From: Chthonomonadales bacterium
GTDB lineage: Bacteria; Armatimonadota; Chthonomonadetes; Chthonomonadales; CAJBBX01
DNA length: 64,000 nucleotides
Assembly: GCA_037443035.1 (NCBI GenBank)
Contig: JBBIPC010000021.1
Span: 1-64,000, forward strand
Direction: 5' to 3'
Shown here piece by piece: positions 1 through 8,606 of this stretch. The position numbers and the translations under genes were made by a program. A model generated the notes under the pieces. That model was given only the letters and a program-made list of their open reading frames with translations. It did not search any database and was not told the DNA's origin. Positions within the stretch are counted from its first letter, which is position 1. Every line of letters starts with the position of its first letter.

Positions 1-155
1 CGTCCCGAAGGCGTTCGGGAAAGTCAGCGGGGGTTTAGCTCAGTTGGGAGATCGTCCCGAAGGCGTTCGGGAAAGTCAGCGGGGGTTTAGCTCAGTTGGG
101 AGATCGTCCCGAAGGCGTTCGGGAAAGTCAGCGGGGGTTTAGCTCAGTTGGGAGA
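1..155 (+). repeat. Perfect 52-bp tandem repeat (about 3 copies, cut by the window edge) derived from tRNA-Ala, containing the palindrome TCCCGAA-GGCG-TTCGGGA
   Basis: Unit CGTCCCGAAGGCGTTCGGGAAAGTCAGCGGGGGTTTAGCTCAGTTGGGAGAT is at 1-52 and 53-104. The third copy (105-155) merges into the intact tRNA. Hairpins are at 3-20, 55-72 and 107-124. Confidence 0.95.
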
Positions 156-208
156 GCGCTTCCTTTGCACGGAAGAAGTCAGCGGTTCGAGTCCGCTAAC
201 CTCCACCA
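133..208 (+). tRNA. tRNA-Ala(UGC)
   Basis: Cloverleaf with acceptor GGGGGTT/AACCTCC and the G3:U70 alanine identity pair. Anticodon arm is CTTCC-TTTGCAC-GGAAG, T-arm is AGCGG-TTCGAGT-CCGCT, and CCA is encoded. Confidence 0.97.
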
Positions 209-247
209 AATCAGGTAGAAAGGGTCTCGCGCGTCTCTGTGGCGCAG

Positions 248-919
248 TCACATCCTACGACGGCGCCATAGAGCGAGTCCCCCTAGCCCGAGCAGTACGG
301 GTAGCTGCAGGAGTGCAGGCTCCGGCACGGGGTTGGCATCGCGCAGGAGGAAGTTCGGGCCGAAGTAGCCCCACCGTTCCGCGTGCGTCCAGTCAGGATA
401 CCTCAGCGTGCCGTCCGCGATTGAAGCCACCGCGGGTGTGTCCGCCCAAGCGATCGAAGGATGGACAGACCAGCCTGGCGGAGGGTTCGGTGAGGCGTGG
501 TACGCCCAGTACTTGTCCGCCATGACGGCAGCGATCCGGTAGTCGACGTCTGGCAACAACGTGATTGGTGTGAGAAGATCCCGGTACCGGAAACCTGAAA
601 TGAGGGTGTCGCTCGGGAATACAACTGTGGAAACGAGAAGGTTACCGGAGGGGTCCCATATGCCCACGGCATGGCCAGTGGAGCTGAGACCCGCAAAGTC
701 ATACGCTCCAAGGCCAGTGATCTCTACAGGCGACAGCACGTTGAAGCTGTAGCCTACACAGGCCCCGGGGTCTTGCTCCACTGTGTTGAGCGAAGAGAAA
801 CCGATAGCCGGGAGATCAGCCTGTCCAGGCGCCGATAGCGTAAGAAACAGAAACCCTCCGATCAGCAGCGAAAGAATCCGGCAAGGATCGGCGGCCAGCG
901 GCGTCCGTCGTCTATGCAT
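248..919 (-). CDS. PEP-CTERM sorting-domain surface protein (possible DUF4082-like beta domain)
   Basis: N-terminal signal peptide. C-terminal VPEP, hydrophobic helix and WRRRR tail. GYSFNV...ITGLGAYD...VGIWD pattern. Confidence 0.85.
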   Translation of the reverse strand: MHRRRTPLAADPCRILSLLIGGFLFLTLSAPGQADLPAIGFSSLNTVEQDPGACVGYSFNVLSPVEITGLGAYDFAGLSSTGHAVGIWDPSGNLLVSTVVFPSDTLISGFRYRDLLTPITLLPDVDYRIAAVMADKYWAYHASPNPPPGWSVHPSIAWADTPAVASIADGTLRYPDWTHAERWGYFGPNFLLRDANPVPEPALLQLPVLLGLGGLALWRRRRM

Positions 920-1148
920 CGTTCACCTCACTAGGACAAGGAGCAGCTCCCGCCTGCAGATCCGGAGACGACGGGTCGCTGGAGAGAGCTTCCACCAATT
1001 ATAGCAAGAGACGAGCGCTCAGTCAACACTATGGTAGATCTCTTGAGACTCCCGCATGGCTCGGCCTCCGTTTTTCCCATGGCAATTCCCCGTGTTCGGT
1101 AACATCGGCCGACTTCGCTGGGTACCTTAGGGTCATGGGGATGCATCC

Positions 1149-1619
1149 ATGAGCGGTTCGGGGCGCATATCATGTCCACTATGCGGAGCTAACAACTTCG
1201 ACACGGTAACGGTATGCTGGAAGTGCGGCGCATCGCTGGCGGGTGGACAGTCCCGCCCGCCGACATCGTCCGGTACAGCCGCGACAGGTGCTTCCCATCC
1301 TCCACAGCATGTATCCGGCGTCGCAGGCTATTCATCGGCTGCAGGTCGCTCGACACACGCCGCCTTCTGGTTGGGCCTGCTCTTTCCTTATATTGGCCTA
1401 CCGGTGGGGCTCGTCTTCATGATGCTGGACGACGATCGGCGGTACGAGATCGGCCGTCTCTGCGTGATCTGGAGCTGCGTGTCTCTGGCAGTGCACATCC
1501 TCGTCCTCATGCTCGTCAGCATCGGGATGCGCGAGATACTCTTCGCGATGATCCAGGGAGCGAGGGGAGCTGCAAGCCGAGCAGGCGGCATGGGAGGATA
1601 TGGGGGGCCAGGACTCTAG
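1149..1619 (+). CDS. Zinc-ribbon-containing membrane protein
   Basis: N-terminal CPLC...CWKC followed by two hydrophobic segments. Confidence 0.75.
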   Translation: MSGSGRISCPLCGANNFDTVTVCWKCGASLAGGQSRPPTSSGTAATGASHPPQHVSGVAGYSSAAGRSTHAAFWLGLLFPYIGLPVGLVFMMLDDDRRYEIGRLCVIWSCVSLAVHILVLMLVSIGMREILFAMIQGARGAASRAGGMGGYGGPGL

Positions 1620-1642
1620 CGACGGCTGGGCGGTGAAGCGAA

Positions 1643-1840
1643 CTAGAGGTAATCTCCTCCCGGTTCGAACAAGCGACCGCACTTGGGGCACCGTTCCTCG
1701 TCTTCTCCTGCGATGGTCCGGCACTTTGGGCACAGGTGGAGCTTGACCGGAAACCGGCCGCACTGCGGGCATGTACGAGCATCAGCGAACGTCAGCGCGC
1801 CGCAATGAGCACAGGACACTGGCTCGTCGTCACGCCTCAT
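1643..1840 (-). CDS. Small double zinc-ribbon protein
   Basis: Four CxxC motifs (CAHC, CPQC, CPKC, CPKC). The ATG at 1840 overlaps the upstream stop (ATGA coupling). Confidence 0.75.
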   Translation of the reverse strand: MRRDDEPVSCAHCGALTFADARTCPQCGRFPVKLHLCPKCRTIAGEDEERCPKCGRLFEPGGDYL

Positions 1841-3123
1841 GGACCAAGCCTCCTCATCAGGAGTCCGCTCCATAGCTTCGGATAGAAGAACGTTGACTTT
1901 GCCGGCATGCGATCCCCCTGGGCGGTGACGCGCCGAAGATCCTCCGGGCTTGGCCTACCCACGAGGAACGCCACGTCGCAAAGCCCTTCTTCGAGAGTTG
2001 CGACAGCTTCGCTGGCATCGTGGGTGTACGTCACGTCCGGCCTGGGGCTGCTATCGTCGAGCAGGGGTTCGAGGAGAACGGTTTGGAGAATGGAGACATC
2101 GAGCCGCCGCCAATCGGATCCTGCTCCGGGTGCAGCGGCTTCCATCAGTCGTGGTTCCCGCAACGTCAGGACCGATGCGCCGCTGGCCGTCAGCATGACG
2201 AGCTTACCGTCGCTGCTGTTGAGAGAGGAAGCGACCTCGAGCGCTAAGGCCGTCCCGTCCAGTTTCTCGACCGCGAACCTCTGCCGAAGCAGCATGTGCA
2301 GGTGGTCCCTAGCGGAACTATTGCCAAGCCTTATCAGGCGATGCGTCGGCAGGATCGCTATACCCGGATCTTCGAAGGGGGCAAGAACCACCAAGATTCT
2401 GCTGGCACCCTCGGCGAGATCGTGGTTGCGGGCGCGGACCTCACCGAAGAAGCTCAAGGCAGTCTCGTACCGGTGGTGACCATCCGCGATCCAGACGCGG
2501 CGATCCGCCAAGCGCCGCCTCACATCGCGCAGTACGTCCTGCCCGGTGATGGCGTAGACCTCGTGGGTAATGCCGTCGGTCTCGGCCGTGAGCAGCGGAG
2601 CGGATTCGCGTACGGCCTCCGCGAGCAGACTCGCGATCTCCAGACCAGGGTCCTCGTAGAGAGCGAATATGGGCTCCGTATTCGTGTGCGTACTTCGCAG
2701 GAGCGCCAAGCGGTCGGCCTTGGCTGCGGGTTTCGTGTACTCGTGCGGTAGCACAATGCCCTCTTCGTACGGGACAAGACGGAGCGCACAGAAGAAACCG
2801 GTCCGGCAACGCCGCGCATCCGTCGTTGGGTCGTGGAAGCCCTGACGATACAGGTAGAACGCGGGAACGGGGTCCTCGGTTAGAATGCCGCCGGCGTGCC
2901 ACCCCTGGAGATAACCAGCCGCCCGTGCGTAACTGGCATTAGGTGGATCGCCTGATTCTGGGCGATTGAGAATGATACGGACGACGTTGAACGAATTACG
3001 GTCATACAGCGCGTCACGGTCGCTCGGCGACAGGACGTCGTACGGGGGAGCAAGTACCTCGCTCAGGTTGCCGATTCTGTCGCAAGCGTAATGAAGGCCA
3101 CGGAACGGGGCGATATCTGCCAT
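1837..3123 (-). CDS. DUF1015 family protein
   Basis: Motifs MADIAPFRGL, APPYDV, LPHEYT, IADGHHRYETA and MPAKSTFFYPKL. RBS GGAGAGG precedes the ATG at 3123. Confidence 0.9.
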   Translation of the reverse strand: MADIAPFRGLHYACDRIGNLSEVLAPPYDVLSPSDRDALYDRNSFNVVRIILNRPESGDPPNASYARAAGYLQGWHAGGILTEDPVPAFYLYRQGFHDPTTDARRCRTGFFCALRLVPYEEGIVLPHEYTKPAAKADRLALLRSTHTNTEPIFALYEDPGLEIASLLAEAVRESAPLLTAETDGITHEVYAITGQDVLRDVRRRLADRRVWIADGHHRYETALSFFGEVRARNHDLAEGASRILVVLAPFEDPGIAILPTHRLIRLGNSSARDHLHMLLRQRFAVEKLDGTALALEVASSLNSSDGKLVMLTASGASVLTLREPRLMEAAAPGAGSDWRRLDVSILQTVLLEPLLDDSSPRPDVTYTHDASEAVATLEEGLCDVAFLVGRPSPEDLRRVTAQGDRMPAKSTFFYPKLWSGLLMRRLGP

Positions 3124-3254
3124 GGCATCCTCTCCAGTCACAGCGGGGAGTGCCCGCGCGCTGCATGTGCCTCCATCGTACCTCATAGGCCCCGCAGGGT
3201 ACCGGAGCTATGATACAATGCTCTAGCCGCCCAACGCACGCAAAGGAGCATGGC

Positions 3255-4517
3255 ATGAGCGCGGACTTCCTCTTACCCGATAATCCAGACTACACCCTGC
3301 GCGATAGCGCTCGGGACTCCGTTCGGTTTGCCCATCGGTGCTTGGAACCCGCCGAGAATGGCCGATGGCGGGCCATCAGCACGTTCGTGGATCCCGAAGC
3401 GAACATCCAGCACTGGCACGATTTCGGCGACTTGGAGGGACCGGGGTGGGCGGCGAACGCCATGGGAGGCGCTTACCAGTTGTACCGGTGGGGGATCTTC
3501 GACCACTGCCACATTCTCCAGCACGTGGCCTTGGGTCTCGTGGACCACGTCTTGGAGGATGGGTTCGTGCAGCCAGATGGTTTCATCTGGAGTTACCGCG
3601 ATACGGCCACCGACCGACTCTGCCTGAACTTCAAGCATACGAACGACTGGTTCTGCCCTGGGTCTATGGCCCGCATCGCTCTACAGATGCTCTGGGCCGC
3701 CGACAGCCTGCCAGGCGACGACAGCAGAACGAAGCAGTTGCGAGAGCACGCCGCACATACCGCCGAATGGATCATTGCGAACGTTCGGGAGCTGGACGAC
3801 TGGTACCCCCGCCGCTGCACACCGGACGGCACGCCGTATCTGCAGCGTGCTGAAGGAGGAAACGATCCCATTGCCGGTGACAGCGGCGACGGCCTGCATA
3901 TTGTCTGGCTTCTCCTAGAGCTGCACGCGCGAGGTCTCGCGAATTACGAGATGCGCGTTCAGGAGAAGCTTGCCACCATCATGGCCCGCGGTGGAATCTA
4001 CGGTAGCGTGAACCACGACACTTACGATCATGACGAGAACGTAGCGCACGCCATCGCCTTCCGCCTTTTCCTCAGAGCTGCGCAGGTGCTGGGCCAAGAC
4101 GAAGCGCGGCGCTTCGCCTACGAGAATGCTCTGACGGGTCTGCAGCGTTTCCACATGACAGAGGATCGGAACGGCGTCAAGACGCGAGGACTGCTCTACA
4201 TGGAGGACTCCTGGGACACTGCCTACCTATGGGAGAACGCCGAGGCGGCTCTGGCGTATGTCGAGGCGTATCGCGACACCGGCGACCGTCGGTTCCTGTG
4301 TTGGGCAGTCACCATCCTACGCGCGATCGCCCTGCACCACTACGGTTCACTCGGCTTCCTCACGGAAGGGGTGGATTGGAACAATCACGTGGGTCGCGAG
4401 CACCATGTGGGAGGTGCAGAGTACGGTGCCATTCGGTACACGGAGCCGTTGCTGAACAACCTCCACCACATAGAAGCAGCCATGGCCTGTTTGAAGCTTC
4501 AGGAGGAGTGCCTCTGA
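3255..4517 (+). CDS. Hypothetical protein, probable (alpha/alpha)6-barrel sugar-acting enzyme
   Basis: Long ORF with RBS AAGGAG. Helical repeats such as YLWENAEAALAYVEAYRDTGDRRFL resemble six-hairpin glycosidase-like folds. Confidence 0.6.
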   Translation: MSADFLLPDNPDYTLRDSARDSVRFAHRCLEPAENGRWRAISTFVDPEANIQHWHDFGDLEGPGWAANAMGGAYQLYRWGIFDHCHILQHVALGLVDHVLEDGFVQPDGFIWSYRDTATDRLCLNFKHTNDWFCPGSMARIALQMLWAADSLPGDDSRTKQLREHAAHTAEWIIANVRELDDWYPRRCTPDGTPYLQRAEGGNDPIAGDSGDGLHIVWLLLELHARGLANYEMRVQEKLATIMARGGIYGSVNHDTYDHDENVAHAIAFRLFLRAAQVLGQDEARRFAYENALTGLQRFHMTEDRNGVKTRGLLYMEDSWDTAYLWENAEAALAYVEAYRDTGDRRFLCWAVTILRAIALHHYGSLGFLTEGVDWNNHVGREHHVGGAEYGAIRYTEPLLNNLHHIEAAMACLKLQEECL

Positions 4518-6223
4518 AGCTGCACGCCGATGTACTGATCGTGGGAGCGAGTCTGGGGGGCGTCGCGGCAGCGCTCTCGGCAGCCAAGACCGGCGCCAGT
4601 GTCCTGCTGATGTCCCAGGGTGAGTGGGTAGGCGGGCAGCTCACGGCGCAAGGCGTCTGTACACCGGACGAAAACGCGTGGGTGGAGATGGGCGGCTGTA
4701 CTGCCAGCTACCAGGCCTTGCGCAGGGCCATACGCTCCTACTACAGCGAGCGTCACCGCTTGTCCAGTCAGGGAGCGACGCAGCAGCACCTGAACCCCGG
4801 CTCCTGTTGGGTGAGTCGGATCTCGGCTGAGCCACGCGTAGCGGAGGGCATTCTCAACGAGATGTTGGCGGCGCACTCGAACCTAGCCGTGTACCACAGC
4901 TGCCGGGCCGTGGAAGCGCTCGTGGACGACGACCGAATCCTCCAGGTGCTCTTCGTCGGCGAGCAACACGGACGTATGAGCGTCAGAGCGAGGATGGTGC
5001 TGGATGCGACAGACCTCGGCGATCTGTTGCCCCTGGCGGGTGCAGAATATCGCGTCGGCGCCGAGAGCTGGCACGAAACAGGCGAGCCGGATGCACCACG
5101 AGAACCACGACCGGACCGTATCCAGCCCTTCACGTTCCCGTTCGCGCTGGAGCTACGTCCTCGGGGGGAATGTCACGTTCTCCCCAAACCGCCAGGGTAC
5201 GAGCGTCTGCGCGCGCTGCAGCGGTACCACATACTGGATGGGGCTATGAAGGGCATGTTCGCACCATACGGGTGGTGGGATTACCGCCGGGTGATCGCGG
5301 CCTCGAACTTCGATGACCCGGCGTACCCGTATGACGTCGCCATGATCAACACGGCATCGAACGATTACCGAGGCGCCCCGCTGCCCGGCCCCGACCAGGC
5401 AACAGAAGCTGCCATTCAGGCCGACGCGCGTCGGGCATCGCTGGGTTACCTGTACTGGCTACAGACGGAGTGCCCACGGGAAGATACACCGGGCGTGTGC
5501 GGTTATCCCGAGTTGCGTCTGCGTGCCGATTGGTTCGGCACCGAGGATGGCCTCGCACCGGAGCCATACATCCGGGAGTCGCGCCGGATAGTTGCCATCG
5601 AGACCGTTCGCGAGCAGGACATTGTGGTCGAGGATAAGACGGGCAAGCGCCACCAAGAAGGTACGAGGGCGAAGCTTCGTCCGGACGCAGCCGGAATCGG
5701 TCATTACTGGCTCGATATCCACGAGGGCGCCAGTGATGAAGAGGGGCTCTTCCTGGAAACCCGTCCCTACCAGATACCGCTCGGAGCCCTCATCCCCGTG
5801 CGTATGCGGAACCTGCTGCCTGCCTGCAAGAATCTGGGCGTCACTCACTTGACCAATGGCGCCTTTCGGCTCCACCCGGTCGAGTGGAATGTCGGGGAAG
5901 CAGCGGGACTGCTGGCTGCCTTCTGTGTGGAGCACGGCGTGGAACCGAGGGATGTCCACGAGCAGCGTGGCTTGCTGGATGCCTATCAGGCGCGCTTGCT
6001 CGACGCGGGAGTGCCTCTTTACTGGTGGGGCGATCTGACACCTGCCATGCCAGTATGGCGCGCTGCACAATGGCTGGCGCTCGAGGGCATCTGGCCAGAG
6101 GAACGTGACGTCTGCTTCCGACCCGACGTGCCAGTTGCCGAAGATTTCCCCTATCGGCGGCCCGAATGCGTGACGCGCGGCGAGCTGGCTCTGCAACTGT
6201 ATACGGAACTTACTCAGGGATAG
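4508..6223 (+). CDS. FAD-dependent oxidoreductase (FAD_oxidored family)
   Basis: Motifs ADVLIVGASLGGVAAA, GGQLTAQGV, DATDLGDLL, PYIRESRRI, YQIPLGALIP and RLHPVEWNVGEAAG. Start is approximate and overlaps the upstream stop. Confidence 0.88.
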   Translation: MPLKLHADVLIVGASLGGVAAALSAAKTGASVLLMSQGEWVGGQLTAQGVCTPDENAWVEMGGCTASYQALRRAIRSYYSERHRLSSQGATQQHLNPGSCWVSRISAEPRVAEGILNEMLAAHSNLAVYHSCRAVEALVDDDRILQVLFVGEQHGRMSVRARMVLDATDLGDLLPLAGAEYRVGAESWHETGEPDAPREPRPDRIQPFTFPFALELRPRGECHVLPKPPGYERLRALQRYHILDGAMKGMFAPYGWWDYRRVIAASNFDDPAYPYDVAMINTASNDYRGAPLPGPDQATEAAIQADARRASLGYLYWLQTECPREDTPGVCGYPELRLRADWFGTEDGLAPEPYIRESRRIVAIETVREQDIVVEDKTGKRHQEGTRAKLRPDAAGIGHYWLDIHEGASDEEGLFLETRPYQIPLGALIPVRMRNLLPACKNLGVTHLTNGAFRLHPVEWNVGEAAGLLAAFCVEHGVEPRDVHEQRGLLDAYQARLLDAGVPLYWWGDLTPAMPVWRAAQWLALEGIWPEERDVCFRPDVPVAEDFPYRRPECVTRGELALQLYTELTQG

Positions 6224-6235
6224 CGTCGCGCCGTC

Positions 6236-7381
6236 TCAGTTCGGGATCAGTGGCCGCCCTACCTGATACCGTGCCATGAAGTAGACGGCCGCCACCGCAA
6301 GTGCCGTCACGGCCTCGGCTGCAACTCCTGGCCTGGTGCCCGCTGCATAGTGCGTGACAGGGAGGGCGATCATGATGTGTGTGATGAAGGAGTAGAGACT
6401 GTTCCGACCGAGTAGGGCCAGGGATTCGAACGGCCTGCGCAGGAGGGTAGCACGTGCCAAGAATGCCTGCACGACGAGATAGAGGGCACCGATGGAAACG
6501 AGGAAGTACGCGACGCGCCCCAGGCGAAGCGGATGCCGATTCCAGAGCGCCAGGTCCCACTGCGCGTGATCGTAGAACTCGAAGGACGGGGTCTGCACCC
6601 ACACGACCACTGCCGTGACGAGTGTCAGGGCACCTAGCCCGTAGAGCCAGAGCCGACGGTACGGTGCCACGAGCCGATCGCGGACCCACGAATAGTGGTA
6701 TCCGATCGCCATGCCCGGGAAGAACAGGCCTTGCCAGGCTAGCGGCGGAAAAGCATCGCCGCACGAAGCGTGCACGAAGGAGAAAGCGTCTGGTCGGAAC
6801 TGAACCCAGATTAGCCCGGTGAGAGAAAGGGCCAACAGCAGGCCGGTCCCTCGACGGCGCAGCAATTCCAGCGCTAGTGGTGCGACTCCCAGCAGAACGA
6901 CGTACAGCGGAAGGATGTTCAGGGCGTGGCCGGGCTGCATCTGCAACGACGCAGTCAAGAAGAGGTACCGAGCCCACCCGAAGTCCGCAAGGGGCGGAAT
7001 GTCGGCGTGGCTATACAGCCGGCCGTTCAGCGCGGCGCTCGTCATGACGAGAGCAACGTGAACGCACCAGATAGTGAACGCCCTTCGCCACAGTGCCGTG
7101 TAAGCGCGCGAGATGCTCTCAGCTATGCGCCGGCGATAGACCATCCCGAGAACGAGGCCGGACAGGAAGACGAAGCCCTCGGCGCCACTGACGAAGCGCA
7201 GGAAATGAACGGCGTGGTTGATGTGCGTATTTGTGCCGACATGGCCTGTGATCATCATGACGATGCACAGACCGCGCAGAACGTCCAGTACGACGTTCCG
7301 CTGCCCCTTAGCGCGTCCGGCGGCGCCACCAGCGCCAACAGACGAAGGCGCCTTCGGCGGTGTGTATCCGAAAAGACTCAA
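6236..7381 (-). CDS. OpgC-domain membrane acyltransferase
   Basis: Motifs LDVLRGLC, SGAEGFVFLSG, NILPLY, AWQGLF and LGRNSL; multiple TM helices. Confidence 0.85.
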   Translation of the reverse strand: MSLFGYTPPKAPSSVGAGGAAGRAKGQRNVVLDVLRGLCIVMMITGHVGTNTHINHAVHFLRFVSGAEGFVFLSGLVLGMVYRRRIAESISRAYTALWRRAFTIWCVHVALVMTSAALNGRLYSHADIPPLADFGWARYLFLTASLQMQPGHALNILPLYVVLLGVAPLALELLRRRGTGLLLALSLTGLIWVQFRPDAFSFVHASCGDAFPPLAWQGLFFPGMAIGYHYSWVRDRLVAPYRRLWLYGLGALTLVTAVVVWVQTPSFEFYDHAQWDLALWNRHPLRLGRVAYFLVSIGALYLVVQAFLARATLLRRPFESLALLGRNSLYSFITHIMIALPVTHYAAGTRPGVAAEAVTALAVAAVYFMARYQVGRPLIPN

Positions 7382-7612
7382 TGAGAAAACGCCATCCCGC
7401 TGCGCACACAGCAGTGCGCCGGTTCATTCTACCTGTTTGCCGCCCGGAACGTTCCCTGCCGGAAGGGGCGGCGCCGCTAACGCACGGGACGAAGCTCCGC
7501 AGTAGCCAGACCGCGCCGATGCGTTGCCGGAACCATGGTGGGCTGGTCCGTCCGTAGTGGGGTAAACGATAACGCACGAGATGTGCTATGTTCCAGAAAG
7601 GGATCGTCCGCT

Positions 7613-8599
7613 ATGACCATGTCGGATCGCGAAGAGATTCTCCGAAGTGCACGAGGGTTCCAGGAAAGCAGGCTGCTTCTTACTGCGGCAGAGCTTGGGC
7701 TATTCGACATGCTGGCCACTCCGCACACCGCCGAAGAGGTGACGAGGAGGCTACAGGGAAACCAGCGTGGTGTCACCATTCTGCTGGATGCGCTGACCGC
7801 CATTGGGTACCTCACCAAGCGGGACGGGGCCTATCAAACGGGTGAGTTGGCGGCCCTTTACCTGACCTCCGACTCGCCGGAGAGCATCCTGCCGATGATT
7901 CTGCACTATGCCAACGGCTGGAATCGTTGGTCCAGGCTGACGGAGATCGTCAAAGGCGAGTGCACCTACACGCACGGAGATGTGACAAGAACGCCCGAAC
8001 AACTCCGGGCATTCATCGGCGGCATGCATGTGCTTGGCAAAGAGCGGGCGCCGAAAGTAGTGGAGGCTGTTCAGCCAGATACAGCAACGGCGCTACTCGA
8101 TATCGGCGGTGCGTCTGGAACCTATACCATCGCCTTCCTGCGCGCATGCCCAGGAATGCGTGCCACGTTGCTGGATCTTCCGGAGGTCATTCAACTGGCG
8201 CGGGAGCGTCTGGAGGCCGAAGGTCTGCTCGACCGGGTCCGACTCGTACCAGGCGATTACAACCGCGATGCTTTCCCTTCTGGCCATGATCTGGCTTTCC
8301 TCTCGGCCATCATCCATCAGAACAGCCACGAAGAGAACGTAGCCCTCTACAAGAGATGCTACGACGCGCTGGTGTCGGGCGGAAGGATCGTCATCCGCGA
8401 CCACGTGCTCTCGTCGGACCGGACTTCGCCGCGTGCCGGCGCCGTCTTCGCTGTCAACATGCTGTGTGGCACGAGTGGCGGCAACAGCTACACCTGGGAG
8501 GAGATCTCGGGAGGTCTCGAGGCAGCGGGATTCGTCCGGCCCCGCATCGTCCACGAAGACACCGTCATGGACGGACTGGTCGAAGCCTGGAAACCGTAA
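7613..8599 (+). CDS. SAM-dependent O-methyltransferase with N-terminal dimerisation domain
   Basis: N-terminal AAELGLFD, SAM-binding motif LLDIGGASG, LDLPEV and GGRIVIRD. Confidence 0.88.
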   Translation: MTMSDREEILRSARGFQESRLLLTAAELGLFDMLATPHTAEEVTRRLQGNQRGVTILLDALTAIGYLTKRDGAYQTGELAALYLTSDSPESILPMILHYANGWNRWSRLTEIVKGECTYTHGDVTRTPEQLRAFIGGMHVLGKERAPKVVEAVQPDTATALLDIGGASGTYTIAFLRACPGMRATLLDLPEVIQLARERLEAEGLLDRVRLVPGDYNRDAFPSGHDLAFLSAIIHQNSHEENVALYKRCYDALVSGGRIVIRDHVLSSDRTSPRAGAVFAVNMLCGTSGGNSYTWEEISGGLEAAGFVRPRIVHEDTVMDGLVEAWKP

Positions 8600-8606
8600 C
8601 GAGACC

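Noticed and set aside
1..155. CRISPR array interpretation of the palindromic repeat
   Set aside because: The units are fully identical with no variable spacers, the flanks are tRNA-derived, and there are no cas genes in the window.
148..525. 125-aa ORF on the + strand
   Set aside because: It overlaps tRNA-Ala and is antisense to the PEP-CTERM gene.
4458..4468. AACCTCCACCA matching the tRNA-Ala 3' end (possible attR)
   Set aside because: It is only 11 bp, lies inside a CDS (NLHH codons), and there is no integrase nearby; likely chance.
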